Shown here in pieces: positions 43,235 through 52,731 of a stretch of DNA of 59,209 nt (the first letter of the stretch is position 1; each line of letters opens with the position of its first letter). A program made the position numbers and the translations under genes. Source of the DNA: Aristaeellaceae bacterium (lineage in GTDB: Bacteria > Bacillota > Clostridia > Christensenellales > Aristaeellaceae); contig JBJEUL010000176.1 of assembly GCA_051883835.1 (NCBI GenBank), forward strand, positions 1 to 59,209, in the 5' to 3' direction. The notes below the pieces were generated by a model that saw nothing but the letters and a program-made list of their open reading frames with translations, was not told where the DNA came from and made no database searches.

Positions 43235-44127
43235 CAATCAAGAATCACGCCAAGGTCTGCCTGATGGTCTCGGCGGCCATCATGGCACTTGCGCTGGTGC
43301 TGAGCCTGTTTGGCATGGGCATCAACATGGGTATTGACTTTGCCGGCGGTCTGTCCATGCAGTACAGCATGGGCGGTGCCTTCGAGCAGAATGATGTGAA
43401 GGCCGTGCTGGATGCGATGAACGTGGGCGACTACGCCATCACCGTGCAGGGCGCGAACCGTGATGAAGTGAACGTGCGCATCAAGAGCGTGAACGAGGAC
43501 GGCGTACAGGGCGTGCAGGCAGCCTTCGAGGAGGGCCTTGCCGAGAAGTACCCCGCCATGGCGCAGTCCGGTGACGTGAACTACGTCGGCCCCGTGGCCG
43601 GTGCCACGCTGCTGAAGAACGCCTTCATCTCCGTGCTGCTGGCCAGCGTGCTGATGCTGGTGTACATCGCCTTCCGCTTCGACTTCAACTCCGGCGTGGC
43701 GGCGGTGTTCGGCCTGCTGCATGACGTGCTGATGATGCTGGCCTTCATGGTGCTGCTGCGCAATTTCGTGCAGATGAATTCGTCCTTCATTGCGGCGATG
43801 CTGACCATCGTGGGCTATTCCATCAACAACACCATCGTCATCTTTGACCGCATCCGCGAGAACGCCCGCAAGATGCCCACTGCGGCCCGTGAGGACGTGG
43901 TGAACCGCTCGGTCAAGGAGTGCCTGGGCCGCACCATCAACACCACCCTGACCACGCTGATTACCATTGTTGCGCTGTATGTGCTGGGTGTGGACTCCAT
44001 CAAGGAGTTTGCGCTGCCCATCATCATTGGCATTCTGAGCGGTGCCTACAGTGCGAACATGATTAACGGCTACGTCTGGGCCGTGCTGGAGGAGCGTCGT
44101 CGCGCCCCCAAGGCCAAAAAAGCCTAA
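43231..44127 (+). CDS. secF: Protein translocase subunit SecF
   Basis: GIDFAGG motif, TIVGYSINNTIVIFDRIREN. 4-nt overlap with secD. Confidence 0.9.
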   Translation: MTIKNHAKVCLMVSAAIMALALVLSLFGMGINMGIDFAGGLSMQYSMGGAFEQNDVKAVLDAMNVGDYAITVQGANRDEVNVRIKSVNEDGVQGVQAAFEEGLAEKYPAMAQSGDVNYVGPVAGATLLKNAFISVLLASVLMLVYIAFRFDFNSGVAAVFGLLHDVLMMLAFMVLLRNFVQMNSSFIAAMLTIVGYSINNTIVIFDRIRENARKMPTAAREDVVNRSVKECLGRTINTTLTTLITIVALYVLGVDSIKEFALPIIIGILSGAYSANMINGYVWAVLEERRRAPKAKKA

Positions 44128-44337
44128 CTCCAAGGGACCGCGCCAGCGGAAAGGGGTCAAGGGGCGATGCCCCTTGTGGGGTGCAGGGGTGAAGCCCCTG
44201 CGCAGGTCTGGGCGGCAGCCCAGCGCAACACGCCCCACTTATCCAAAAGGAAAGGAAAAAGCGTGAGTTTCCAAGCAGACGACGCAGTTCGTCCGCGCTG
44301 GAAACGGCAGGTTCCGGGGACTGAAAGAGGAACGACC
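44128..44337 (+). repeat. Multi-hairpin intergenic repeat, copy I (full length)
   Basis: Begins 1 nt after the secF TAA. The first 31 nt from the stop codon (TAACTCCAAGGGACCGCGCCAGCGGAAAGGGG) are identical to copy A. Hairpin 2 has the T:G variant. Confidence 0.9.
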
Positions 44338-44507
44338 TCATCCGACCTCGCAGCCCTCGGCCCCGAAGACTTTCCGCCCCCTCTCGCTGGGCTTCCTGCC
44401 CAACATGCGGTGCCGTGAAATACCACTTCCTTGACAAACAGAGGAGGGGCCTTGATGTTCAAGGTTCCTCCTTTTCGATTCAGCCATGAAGGATGGAGGC
44501 AAGACCC

Positions 44508-46838
44508 ATGCTGCAATTCGTCAAACGGGGAGCCAGTGTCTCCCAGCCCATCGGTGACATGCCCCTGTGGCTGTCCTCCCTGCTGCGCAACCGGGGCATC
44601 GACACCCCCGAGAAGGCGGAACGCTTCCTGCATCCATCCCTGGCACAGCTCCATGACCCCATGCTCATGCCGGGCATGGACAGGGCCGTGGAGCTGATTC
44701 GCCGCGCCGTGGCGCAGGAGGAGCCCATCATCGTCTACGGCGACTATGACGTGGACGGCGTGTGCGCGTCCTCCATCCTGCTGGAAACCCTGCGGGACAT
44801 GGGCGCGGTGGTGGACTTCCGCATTCCCTCCCGGCATGGGGAGGGCTATGGCCTCAACGCCAACGCCGTGCGCATCATGGCGCAAAGCTACAAGCTGCTC
44901 ATCACCGTGGACTGCGGCGTGACCAACCATGAGGAGGTTCGGCTGGCGCAAATGCTGGGCATGACGGTCATCGTCACGGACCACCACCAGCTGGCCGATA
45001 CACCCTCTCCGGCAGACGTGGTGCTCAATCCGCTGCTGGGGGATTACCCCTTCCGGCGGCTGTGCGGCGCAGGGGTCGCGCTGAAGCTGACGCAGGCCCT
45101 CTCCGGCATGGATGCCGTGCGCCAGCGCATTGACCTGGCCGCACTGGCTACCGTGGCCGACCTGGTGCCGCTGATTGACGAAAACCGGGTCATCGTGAAG
45201 GCCGGTCTGGCTGCCATGGCAGATTCCCCCCGGCCGGGCATGCGGGCCCTGCTCTCGGTCAGCGGCGTGAACCCGCCGGTGAGCGCGGGACAGGTGGCCT
45301 TCCGCCTGGCCCCCCGGCTCAATGCGGGCGGACGGCTGGAGGACGCTTCGCAGGGCGTGCTGCTGCTGACCACCGAGGACGCACAGCAGGCCATGGAGCT
45401 GGCCGAGCATCTGGAGGAAAGCAACCGTCAGCGGCAGGAGCTGGAGCAGGAAATCACCCGGGCAGCCATCGCGGCCATTCCCGAAAGCGTGGATTTCTAT
45501 GACGACCGGGTCATTATCGTGGCAGGGGAGGGCTGGAACCACGGCGTTATCGGGCTGGCGGCGGGGCGCATCTGCGAGCGGTACCATTTCCCCACCATCG
45601 TGCTGACGCGGGAGAACGGACTGGCGGTGGGCTCCTGCCGCTCCATCCCGGGGGTGAACATCCATGCCATGCTCTCAGCCTGCAAGGACTTGTTCCTGCG
45701 CTTCGGCGGGCATGAGCAGGCGGCGGGGCTGACCATGGACGAGAAGCTCATCCCGGAGCTGCGGCGCAGGCTGAACCTGACCATCCGGGAGAACTGCGAC
45801 CCGGCCTGCTTCATCCCCGCGAAGGAGTACGACCTGGCCCTGCCCCTGAGCCAGGTGAGCCTCGACCTCATTGACCAGCTGGAAGCCCTCCAACCGACGG
45901 GCTACGGGAATCCTGCGCCGGTGTTCCTCCTGCGGGACGGACAGGTGCAGCTCATGCGCCGGGTTGGACGGGAGCGGCAGCATTTGAAGCTCTCCCTGCT
46001 GGACGGGGACAGCGTGCGGGACGGCATTGGCTTCTCCATGGGGGAGCTGGCGGAGACTGGCATGGAGCGGGTGGACGCAGTGTTCTCCCCGGAGCGCAAT
46101 GAATTCATGGGCCGTGTGACCGCACAATTGCAGGTGCAGGCCCTTCGTCCGGCGGAGGGAACAGCCCCGCTGCCGACCCAAAACACAATTTTCCAAGGAC
46201 TTTTGCAGGAAATCATGCTATTAGCGGCGAATCAACAACAAATTCCCCCGAAATTGCCAGTCACCTCATCGGCGGCTGTGCGCAGGCTGATGCAGTCTGG
46301 CCGGGGCGTGCTGCTGGTGTGCCATGAGCGGGAACGGGCAGCGGCCCTGACCGTGCAGACCATGGTGGATACAGCCTGTGGGACGGTGCGGGACGGACGG
46401 GGCTTCAACACGGTGCTGTGCGCCCCCCGGCTGGATGCCCTGACGGATATCTGGCAGGAGATTGTGCTGGTGGATGGCGATGTGCTGCCCGGGGAAGCCG
46501 CGGCGATTGCGGCCCGATGCCCCCGTGCGCACCTGTCGCAGCTGCGGCCCAATCCGGCGGTGGTGTCGCTGCTGGCCTCGCTGGCCATGGATGACGATAC
46601 CCTCAGGAGACTGTACCGCCGACTGCGCCAGCCGGACGCGCCAACGCCCGATGTGCTGGCAGCCGATACAGGGCTGACGCAGGAGCAGGTGCTGACGGGC
46701 CTGACGGCCTTTTCGCAGGTGGGACTGGTGGAGCTGTCCCTCGCGCCCTATGCCATGCGGCTGCTGCCGCCGGTCAAGTGCAGCATGGAGGATAGTCCGC
46801 TGGTGCGCTATGTGCGGGGAATAGGACAGGAAATGTAA
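44508..46838 (+). CDS. recJ: Single-stranded-DNA-specific exonuclease RecJ
   Basis: DHH motifs IIVYGDYDVDGV, TVDCG, VIVTDHH, and DHHA1 FGGHEQAAG. GGAGG 8 nt before ATG 44508. Confidence 0.9.
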   Translation: MLQFVKRGASVSQPIGDMPLWLSSLLRNRGIDTPEKAERFLHPSLAQLHDPMLMPGMDRAVELIRRAVAQEEPIIVYGDYDVDGVCASSILLETLRDMGAVVDFRIPSRHGEGYGLNANAVRIMAQSYKLLITVDCGVTNHEEVRLAQMLGMTVIVTDHHQLADTPSPADVVLNPLLGDYPFRRLCGAGVALKLTQALSGMDAVRQRIDLAALATVADLVPLIDENRVIVKAGLAAMADSPRPGMRALLSVSGVNPPVSAGQVAFRLAPRLNAGGRLEDASQGVLLLTTEDAQQAMELAEHLEESNRQRQELEQEITRAAIAAIPESVDFYDDRVIIVAGEGWNHGVIGLAAGRICERYHFPTIVLTRENGLAVGSCRSIPGVNIHAMLSACKDLFLRFGGHEQAAGLTMDEKLIPELRRRLNLTIRENCDPACFIPAKEYDLALPLSQVSLDLIDQLEALQPTGYGNPAPVFLLRDGQVQLMRRVGRERQHLKLSLLDGDSVRDGIGFSMGELAETGMERVDAVFSPERNEFMGRVTAQLQVQALRPAEGTAPLPTQNTIFQGLLQEIMLLAANQQQIPPKLPVTSSAAVRRLMQSGRGVLLVCHERERAAALTVQTMVDTACGTVRDGRGFNTVLCAPRLDALTDIWQEIVLVDGDVLPGEAAAIAARCPRAHLSQLRPNPAVVSLLASLAMDDDTLRRLYRRLRQPDAPTPDVLAADTGLTQEQVLTGLTAFSQVGLVELSLAPYAMRLLPPVKCSMEDSPLVRYVRGIGQEM

Positions 46839-46931
46839 CTGCGCCGCATGCTGTGCGGCGCGGCAGACCGCTGGAGACGGTCGAACGGCAGGGAGGTGGA
46901 TGGAGCATTGGCATATTCCATTTATGAAGCA

Positions 46932-49115
46932 ATGTCCTTGGATCAGATGCTGGCACGGGTGCAGAAGTACAACCCCGGCGAGGGCTATCAGCTGGTGGAG
47001 CGGGCATACAGGTTTGCCGAGAAGGCACATGCGGGGCAGAAGCGCAAGAGCGGGGAGCCCTATTTCATTCATCCCTGCTTTGTGGCCAGCATCCTCACGG
47101 AGCTGATGATCGACCCGCCCTCCATCGCCGCAGGCCTGCTGCATGACACGGTGGAGGACTGCGAGGGCATTACGCTGGAGATGATTCGCCAGGAGTTCGG
47201 GGAGGAGGTCGCCTCGCTGGTGGATGGCGTGACCAAGCTCAACAAGCTGGATTTCGCCAACAAGGAGGAGGCACAGGCCGAATCCCTGCGCAAGATGATT
47301 CTGGCCATGAGCAAGGACATCCGCGTGGTGCTCATCAAGCTGGCTGACCGCTTGCACAACATGCGCACCATGAAGTGGCAGAAGCCCGAACGGCAGGTGG
47401 CCATCGCCCAGGAGACGCTGGACATCTACGCGCCGCTGGCGCACCGGCTGGGCGTGTACGCCATCAAGCAGGAGCTGGAGGATCTGGCCCTGCGCTACAT
47501 TGACCCGGTGGGCTATCAGAATCTGGTGCAGATGGTGGGGCAGAAGCGTTCCGAGCGGCAGGACAACATCCGCATGATTATTGACGAGCTGTCCCAGAAG
47601 CTGGACGAGCAGCATATCCACTACGACATTGATGGCCGCCCCAAGCACTTCTACTCCATCTACCGCAAGATGGTCCTGCAGAACAAGCCCTTTGACCAGA
47701 TTTATGACCTGATTGCCATCCGCGTGCTGGTGGATGATGTCCGCGACTGCTACACGGTGCTGTGGACCGTCCATACGCTGTGGAACCAGATGCCCGGCCG
47801 CTTCAAGGATTACATCTCCGTGCCCAAGGCCAACATGTACCAGTCCCTGCATACCACGGTGGTGGGCGGGCGCAAGATTCCCTTCCCCTTCGAGGTGCAG
47901 ATTCGTACCTGGGAGATGCACCGGGTGGCGGAATACGGCGTCGCGGCCCACTGGCGGTACAAGGAAGGCAACAAGGGCGGCGATGACCTGGACAGCAAGC
48001 TGTACTGGGTCCGCCAAATCCTCGACTGGCAGAAGGAAACCCGGGACAGCCGGGAATTCGTCGATACCCTCAAAACGGATTTGTTCTCCGAGGAAGTGTT
48101 CCTCTTTACCCCCAAGGGTGACGTGGTGTCCATGGCCAAGGGCGCAACGCCCCTTGACTTTGCCTATCGCATCCATTCAGCCGTGGGCAATAAATGCGTG
48201 GGCGCAAAAATCAACGGCCGAATCGTTCCCCTCGATACCCCGCTGGAGACCGGCGACCGGGTGGAAATCCTGACCTCCGCCTCCTGCAAGGGCCCCTCCA
48301 GTGACTGGCTGCGCATCTGCAAGACGGCGCAGGCCAAGGCAAAGATTCGCCAGTTCCTTCGCCAGCAGAAGAAGGACGAGAACATTGAAATGGGCAAGTC
48401 CATGATTGACAAGGAATGCCGCCGGCGCGGCGTGTCCATGGCCGATCTGATGAAGCCCGAGCTGTATGAGGGTCTGCTGCGCAAGTACGGTTTCCAGGAG
48501 CTCAACGACGTGTTCAGTGCCGTGGGCTTTGGCGGCATGGCGGCCATGTATGTGGTCTCCCGGCTGATGGAGGAACAGCGTAGCAAGCAGGTGGCCATGC
48601 TCCCCAAGGGGGACGAGCTGCCCGCTGTTGAACCTCACCGTGCCGCAGGGGAGAAAGCCAAGGCCAACCATGGCATTATCATGCCCGGCAACGAGGATTT
48701 GAACATTCCCGTGCGTTTTGCCCGCTGCTGCAGCCCGGTTCCCGGGGATGACATCGTGGGCTACATCACCCGCGGCAGGGGCGTGACCGTCCATAAGACG
48801 GAGTGCGTCAACGCCATCAACGGTGAGAAGGAACGGCAGGTCGCTGTGGCCTGGGCCGATACGGATGTGGGTTCCTTCGATGTGGCCATCAAGGTGGTGG
48901 CCTATGACCGTGTGCGGCTGCTGGGCGAGGTGACGACCTACATTGGCGAAATGGGCGTACCCATCAAGATGGCTTCCGCACAGGCGGATGAAAAAACCAA
49001 GACCTCAACCATCAAGCTGGTGCTGCAGGTGCGCTCCCGTGAGCAGATGGACAGGGTCATCCGGCAGCTGCGCAAGAAGTCTGATATCATTGACATCTAC
49101 CGTACACAGGGATAA
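46932..49115 (+). CDS. relA: Bifunctional (p)ppGpp synthetase/hydrolase (RelA/SpoT homolog)
   Basis: HD domain (HPCFVASIL...LLHDTVED), synthetase domain ([21 protein letters not shown]), TGS and ACT C-terminal domains. The start is uncertain within about 40 nt. Confidence 0.93.
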   Translation: MSLDQMLARVQKYNPGEGYQLVERAYRFAEKAHAGQKRKSGEPYFIHPCFVASILTELMIDPPSIAAGLLHDTVEDCEGITLEMIRQEFGEEVASLVDGVTKLNKLDFANKEEAQAESLRKMILAMSKDIRVVLIKLADRLHNMRTMKWQKPERQVAIAQETLDIYAPLAHRLGVYAIKQELEDLALRYIDPVGYQNLVQMVGQKRSERQDNIRMIIDELSQKLDEQHIHYDIDGRPKHFYSIYRKMVLQNKPFDQIYDLIAIRVLVDDVRDCYTVLWTVHTLWNQMPGRFKDYISVPKANMYQSLHTTVVGGRKIPFPFEVQIRTWEMHRVAEYGVAAHWRYKEGNKGGDDLDSKLYWVRQILDWQKETRDSREFVDTLKTDLFSEEVFLFTPKGDVVSMAKGATPLDFAYRIHSAVGNKCVGAKINGRIVPLDTPLETGDRVEILTSASCKGPSSDWLRICKTAQAKAKIRQFLRQQKKDENIEMGKSMIDKECRRRGVSMADLMKPELYEGLLRKYGFQELNDVFSAVGFGGMAAMYVVSRLMEEQRSKQVAMLPKGDELPAVEPHRAAGEKAKANHGIIMPGNEDLNIPVRFARCCSPVPGDDIVGYITRGRGVTVHKTECVNAINGEKERQVAVAWADTDVGSFDVAIKVVAYDRVRLLGEVTTYIGEMGVPIKMASAQADEKTKTSTIKLVLQVRSREQMDRVIRQLRKKSDIIDIYRTQG

Positions 49116-49134
49116 TCAAGGGAGGCATGCAGGC

Positions 49135-49584
49135 ATGCGCTGTGTCATCCAGCGGGTCACGGAGGCTTCCGTCACGGTGGCGGGCGAGGTCGTGGGGCAG
49201 ATTGGCCGCGGCTTCATGGTGCTCATCGGCGTGTCCGGCGAGGACACCGACAAGGACGTGAAGTACATGGCCGAAAAGGTGCCGAACCTGCGCATCTTCG
49301 AGGACGAGCAGGGCAAGATGAACCTGTCCCTGAAGGATGTGGGCGGAGCCCTGCTGGCCGTGAGCCAGTTCACCCTCTACGGGGATGCCCGGGGCAGCCG
49401 CCGCCCCAGCTTTACGCAGGCGGCCCGGCCCGAGCAGGCCAATGCCCTCTATGAGCAGCTGGTGGCTGCGTGGCGCGGGCAGGGCCTGACGGTGGAAACG
49501 GGCCGCTTCCGGGCGGAGATGCAGGTGGCCCTGGTCAATGACGGCCCTGTGACCATCCTGATGGATTCCACCAAGGCATTTTGA
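49135..49584 (+). CDS. dtd: D-aminoacyl-tRNA deacylase
   Basis: [13 protein letters not shown] ... [12 protein letters not shown] ... SFTQAA ... NDGPVT motifs. recJ-relA-dtd synteny. Confidence 0.92.
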   Translation: MRCVIQRVTEASVTVAGEVVGQIGRGFMVLIGVSGEDTDKDVKYMAEKVPNLRIFEDEQGKMNLSLKDVGGALLAVSQFTLYGDARGSRRPSFTQAARPEQANALYEQLVAAWRGQGLTVETGRFRAEMQVALVNDGPVTILMDSTKAF

Positions 49585-49616
49585 TGATGCCACCATGGCG
49601 TGAAGGAGGCGTGAAC

Positions 49617-50192
49617 ATGGCGGGAAAGCTGTGTGTGAAGGAGCTGACGGTGGGGCTGCTGGGCACCTGCTGCTATCTGGTATGGCGGGAGGGCCGGGAG
49701 GACTGCGTGGTCATTGACCCCGGCGCGGAGCCCGAGCGCATCCGCCGGGCCGCGGAGGGCAGGCGCATGGCCGCCATTCTGCTCACCCACGGGCATTTCG
49801 ACCACATCGGTGGCGTGGCGGAGCTGATGGGCGATGATACGGAGCTGGTGATTCACCGTCTGGATGCGCCCATGCTCCAAAGCACCGAGCGCAACGTCTG
49901 CTGGATGATCGGGGAGACCATCACTGCCCCGGAGGCTACCGTGCTGGTGAAGGACGGGGACGTGATCTCCTTTGCGGGCATTGACTTCACGGTGCTGCAT
50001 ACCCCGGGCCACACCCCCGGCGGCGCATGCTATCAGGCAGAGGACGCGCTGTTCACCGGGGACACCATGTTCCATCAGGGCTATGGCCGCACCGACCTGC
50101 CCGGCGGCAGCGATGCGGAGCTGGGGCGGAGCCTGAACCGGCTGTATCCCCTGGCGCGCAAGTGTACGGTCTATCCCGGTCACGGAGGATAA
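49617..50192 (+). CDS. MBL-fold metallo-hydrolase (glyoxalase II-like)
   Basis: LLTHGHFDHIGG motif, HTPGHTPG, YPGHG. AGGAGG 7 nt before ATG 49617. Confidence 0.85.
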   Translation: MAGKLCVKELTVGLLGTCCYLVWREGREDCVVIDPGAEPERIRRAAEGRRMAAILLTHGHFDHIGGVAELMGDDTELVIHRLDAPMLQSTERNVCWMIGETITAPEATVLVKDGDVISFAGIDFTVLHTPGHTPGGACYQAEDALFTGDTMFHQGYGRTDLPGGSDAELGRSLNRLYPLARKCTVYPGHGG

Positions 50193-50195
50193 GCC

Positions 50196-51710
50196 ATGAG
50201 CGACAGCACCCGCAGGGTACATCCCGCCGACAAGGTCGCGGGCTATATGGAGAACATGGAGCCGGAGCTGATGAACATCACCCGGCTTTTTGGCATGCCG
50301 GACACCGCATGGATGGCAGCACCGCCGCGTTTTGCGTGGCGCATGGAGGTGGAAGCGGCGCAAAACGGGGCAGCCTATGTCTGCACCGTCACGGATGGCG
50401 ATACCGGGCATCAGGCTGTGCTGCGGGACACCATTCCGGCCCTGCAGGGGGACGAGCGGCTGGACGACCTCCACTGCAAGCGAACCGCCCGCCGGCTGTG
50501 CAAGAATACCCTGTACCGCCTGCTGCGGGAGGTCACGGGCATGCATCCGCCGTGGGGGAGCCTGACCGGCGTGCGCCCCACGCATCTGATTTACGAGAGC
50601 CTGTCCGAGCAGGCCGGGGACATCGCCACGGACGCTGCGCTGGACAGGGCGGCGCAGGCCATGATGCACGGCTTTGACGTGACAGAGGACAAGGCGTATC
50701 TGGCCCGGGACGTGGTAGCGGCCCAGCTGGCCATGCTGTCCCCGGATGACGGGGCCATCGACGTGTACATCGGCATTCCCTTCTGCACGACCCGGTGCGC
50801 GTACTGCTCCTTTTCCTCCGGGGAAATTGGCCGGGGGAAGCTGGTGGAGCCGTACCTGACCGCCCTGTTCCGGGAAATGGAGGCAAGCGCGGCCCTGCTC
50901 CGGGATACGGGCAAGCGTCTGCGTGCAGTGTATGTGGGCGGCGGCACGCCCACATCGCTGAATGACGGTCAGTTCGCCCGGCTGATGGCGCAGCTGTCTG
51001 CGCGCTTCCCCGGCGCGATGGAATACACCGTGGAGGCAGGACGGCCGGACACCATTACCCCGGCGAAGCTCCGTGCCATCCGGGATGCGGGGGTGGGGCG
51101 CATCAGCATCAACCCGCAGACCATGAACGACAGAACCCTGCAAGTGATTGGCCGCGCCCATACGGCCCAGCAGGTGCTGGATGCCTATGCCATGGCCCGG
51201 GAAGCAGGCATGCGGCACATCAACATGGACGTGATTGCCGGTCTGCCGGGGGAGGGCCTGCCGGACTTTGCCCGCACCATGGATGCGGCGGAGCGATTGA
51301 AGCCCGAGAGCCTGACCGTGCATACGCTGGCCATCAAGCGTTCCAGCCGCATGCACCTGGAGAACGCGCCCCTGCCCGATGGCGACACTGCCGCGGCCAT
51401 GGTGCGCATGGGCCGGGAAACGGCCCGGCGGCTGGGGCTTTCGCCCTACTACCTCTACCGGCAGAAGCACATGGCAGGCAATCAGGAGAACGTAGGCTAC
51501 GCCCTGCCAGGGCATGCCTGCCAGTACAACGTGGACATGATGGAGGAGAACACCCACATTCTGGCCCTGGGTGCCGGGGGGATTTCCAAGCGCATCTATC
51601 CGGAGGAGGGGCATATTGGCCGCAGTCCCAATGTGAGCAACATTGAGCTGTACATCGCCCGGGTGGAGGAGATGATTGGGCGCAAGCGGGAGCTGTTTGT
51701 GCCGTCATGA
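50196..51710 (+). CDS. hemZ: HemN-family radical SAM protein (coproporphyrinogen dehydrogenase HemZ-like)
   Basis: IPFCTTRCAYCSF radical SAM cluster, GGGTPT motif, about 500 aa with the N-terminal extension typical of HemZ. Confidence 0.78.
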   Translation: MSDSTRRVHPADKVAGYMENMEPELMNITRLFGMPDTAWMAAPPRFAWRMEVEAAQNGAAYVCTVTDGDTGHQAVLRDTIPALQGDERLDDLHCKRTARRLCKNTLYRLLREVTGMHPPWGSLTGVRPTHLIYESLSEQAGDIATDAALDRAAQAMMHGFDVTEDKAYLARDVVAAQLAMLSPDDGAIDVYIGIPFCTTRCAYCSFSSGEIGRGKLVEPYLTALFREMEASAALLRDTGKRLRAVYVGGGTPTSLNDGQFARLMAQLSARFPGAMEYTVEAGRPDTITPAKLRAIRDAGVGRISINPQTMNDRTLQVIGRAHTAQQVLDAYAMAREAGMRHINMDVIAGLPGEGLPDFARTMDAAERLKPESLTVHTLAIKRSSRMHLENAPLPDGDTAAAMVRMGRETARRLGLSPYYLYRQKHMAGNQENVGYALPGHACQYNVDMMEENTHILALGAGGISKRIYPEEGHIGRSPNVSNIELYIARVEEMIGRKRELFVPS

Positions 51711-51824
51711 CCCATCGGCGGGGCGCATAGGCTGGTACGGGGCTTGCATCCTGCCGCGGTTGCTGGTATAATAACGCTGTCTGTGGACGGCCCGCGCACA
51801 GGGGCGGGCGTGAGGAAGGAGAAA

Positions 51825-52349
51825 ATGAACATGGCACAGAATCCCACATTTGTCATCACCATGGAGGACGGCCGCGAGATGAAGGGCGAGCTGTACCCGG
51901 ACATTGCGCCCCAGTCCGTGGGCAACTTTATCGCCCTGGCCAACAGCGGCTTTTATGATGGGCTGATTTTCCACCGGGTCATTCCCGGATTCATGATTCA
52001 GGGCGGCGACCCCAAGGGCACGGGCATTGGCGGCCCCGGCTACCGCATCAAGGGTGAGTTCGCCATCAACGGCGTGAACAACCCCCTCAAGCACACCTAT
52101 GGCGTGCTGAGCATGGCCCGCAGTATGATGCCCGATTCTGCCGGCAGCCAGTTCTTTATCATGACCAGCAACAGTCCCCATCTGGACGGTCAGTACGCGG
52201 CCTTCGGCAAGGTGCTGGAGGGCATGGAGGTGGCCGATGCCATCGTGTCCACCCGGCGCGACATGCGTGACAAGCCCCTCGTGCCGCAGGTGATGAAGTC
52301 CATCCGCGTGGAGACCTTCGGTCAGGTGTATCCCTTCGAGCAGCTATAA
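51825..52349 (+). CDS. ppiB: Cyclophilin-type peptidyl-prolyl cis-trans isomerase
   Basis: [19 protein letters not shown]...[20 protein letters not shown] motifs. Confidence 0.9.
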   Translation: MNMAQNPTFVITMEDGREMKGELYPDIAPQSVGNFIALANSGFYDGLIFHRVIPGFMIQGGDPKGTGIGGPGYRIKGEFAINGVNNPLKHTYGVLSMARSMMPDSAGSQFFIMTSNSPHLDGQYAAFGKVLEGMEVADAIVSTRRDMRDKPLVPQVMKSIRVETFGQVYPFEQL

Positions 52350-52361
52350 TTCTCAGAAAAA

Positions 52362-52400
52362 AGCGCAGACTGGGCTTGGCGGCTTGGTCTGCGCTTTTGC
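52362..52400 (+). terminator. Intrinsic terminator after ppiB
   Basis: AGCGCAGAC-16 nt-GTCTGCGCT followed by TTTT, preceded by an A-run. Confidence 0.6.
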
Positions 52401-52428
52401 CCATCCAACAGGGGGAGGTCGTATCGCC

Positions 52429-52731
52429 ATGGCCAAGCAGAAAACCACCGTGCGCGTGGCAGGCAGGGAATATACCCTCGTATCCGAGCAGACACCGGCC
52501 TATATGAACCGCGTGGCTTCCTATGTGGACAGGAAAATCAGCGAAACCGCGCTGGCGACCCGCCTGAGCGCGGACAAGGCAGCGGTGCTGACCGCCCTGA
52601 ACATTGCCGATGAGCTGATGAAAAGCCACGATGAAAACAGCCGTCTGCGCCGGGAGATGATGGCCCTCCGTCAGGAAGTGGAGGAAGCCCGGCAGCAGGC
52701 CTCAACGCAAAGGAGCCAACAGGATGCTTGA
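52429..52731 (+). CDS. zapA: Cell division protein ZapA
   Basis: 100 aa. VRVAGREYTLVSEQTPAYMNRVASYVDRKI ... LTALNIADEL plus a C-terminal coiled coil. Confidence 0.8.
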   Translation: MAKQKTTVRVAGREYTLVSEQTPAYMNRVASYVDRKISETALATRLSADKAAVLTALNIADELMKSHDENSRLRREMMALRQEVEEARQQASTQRSQQDA

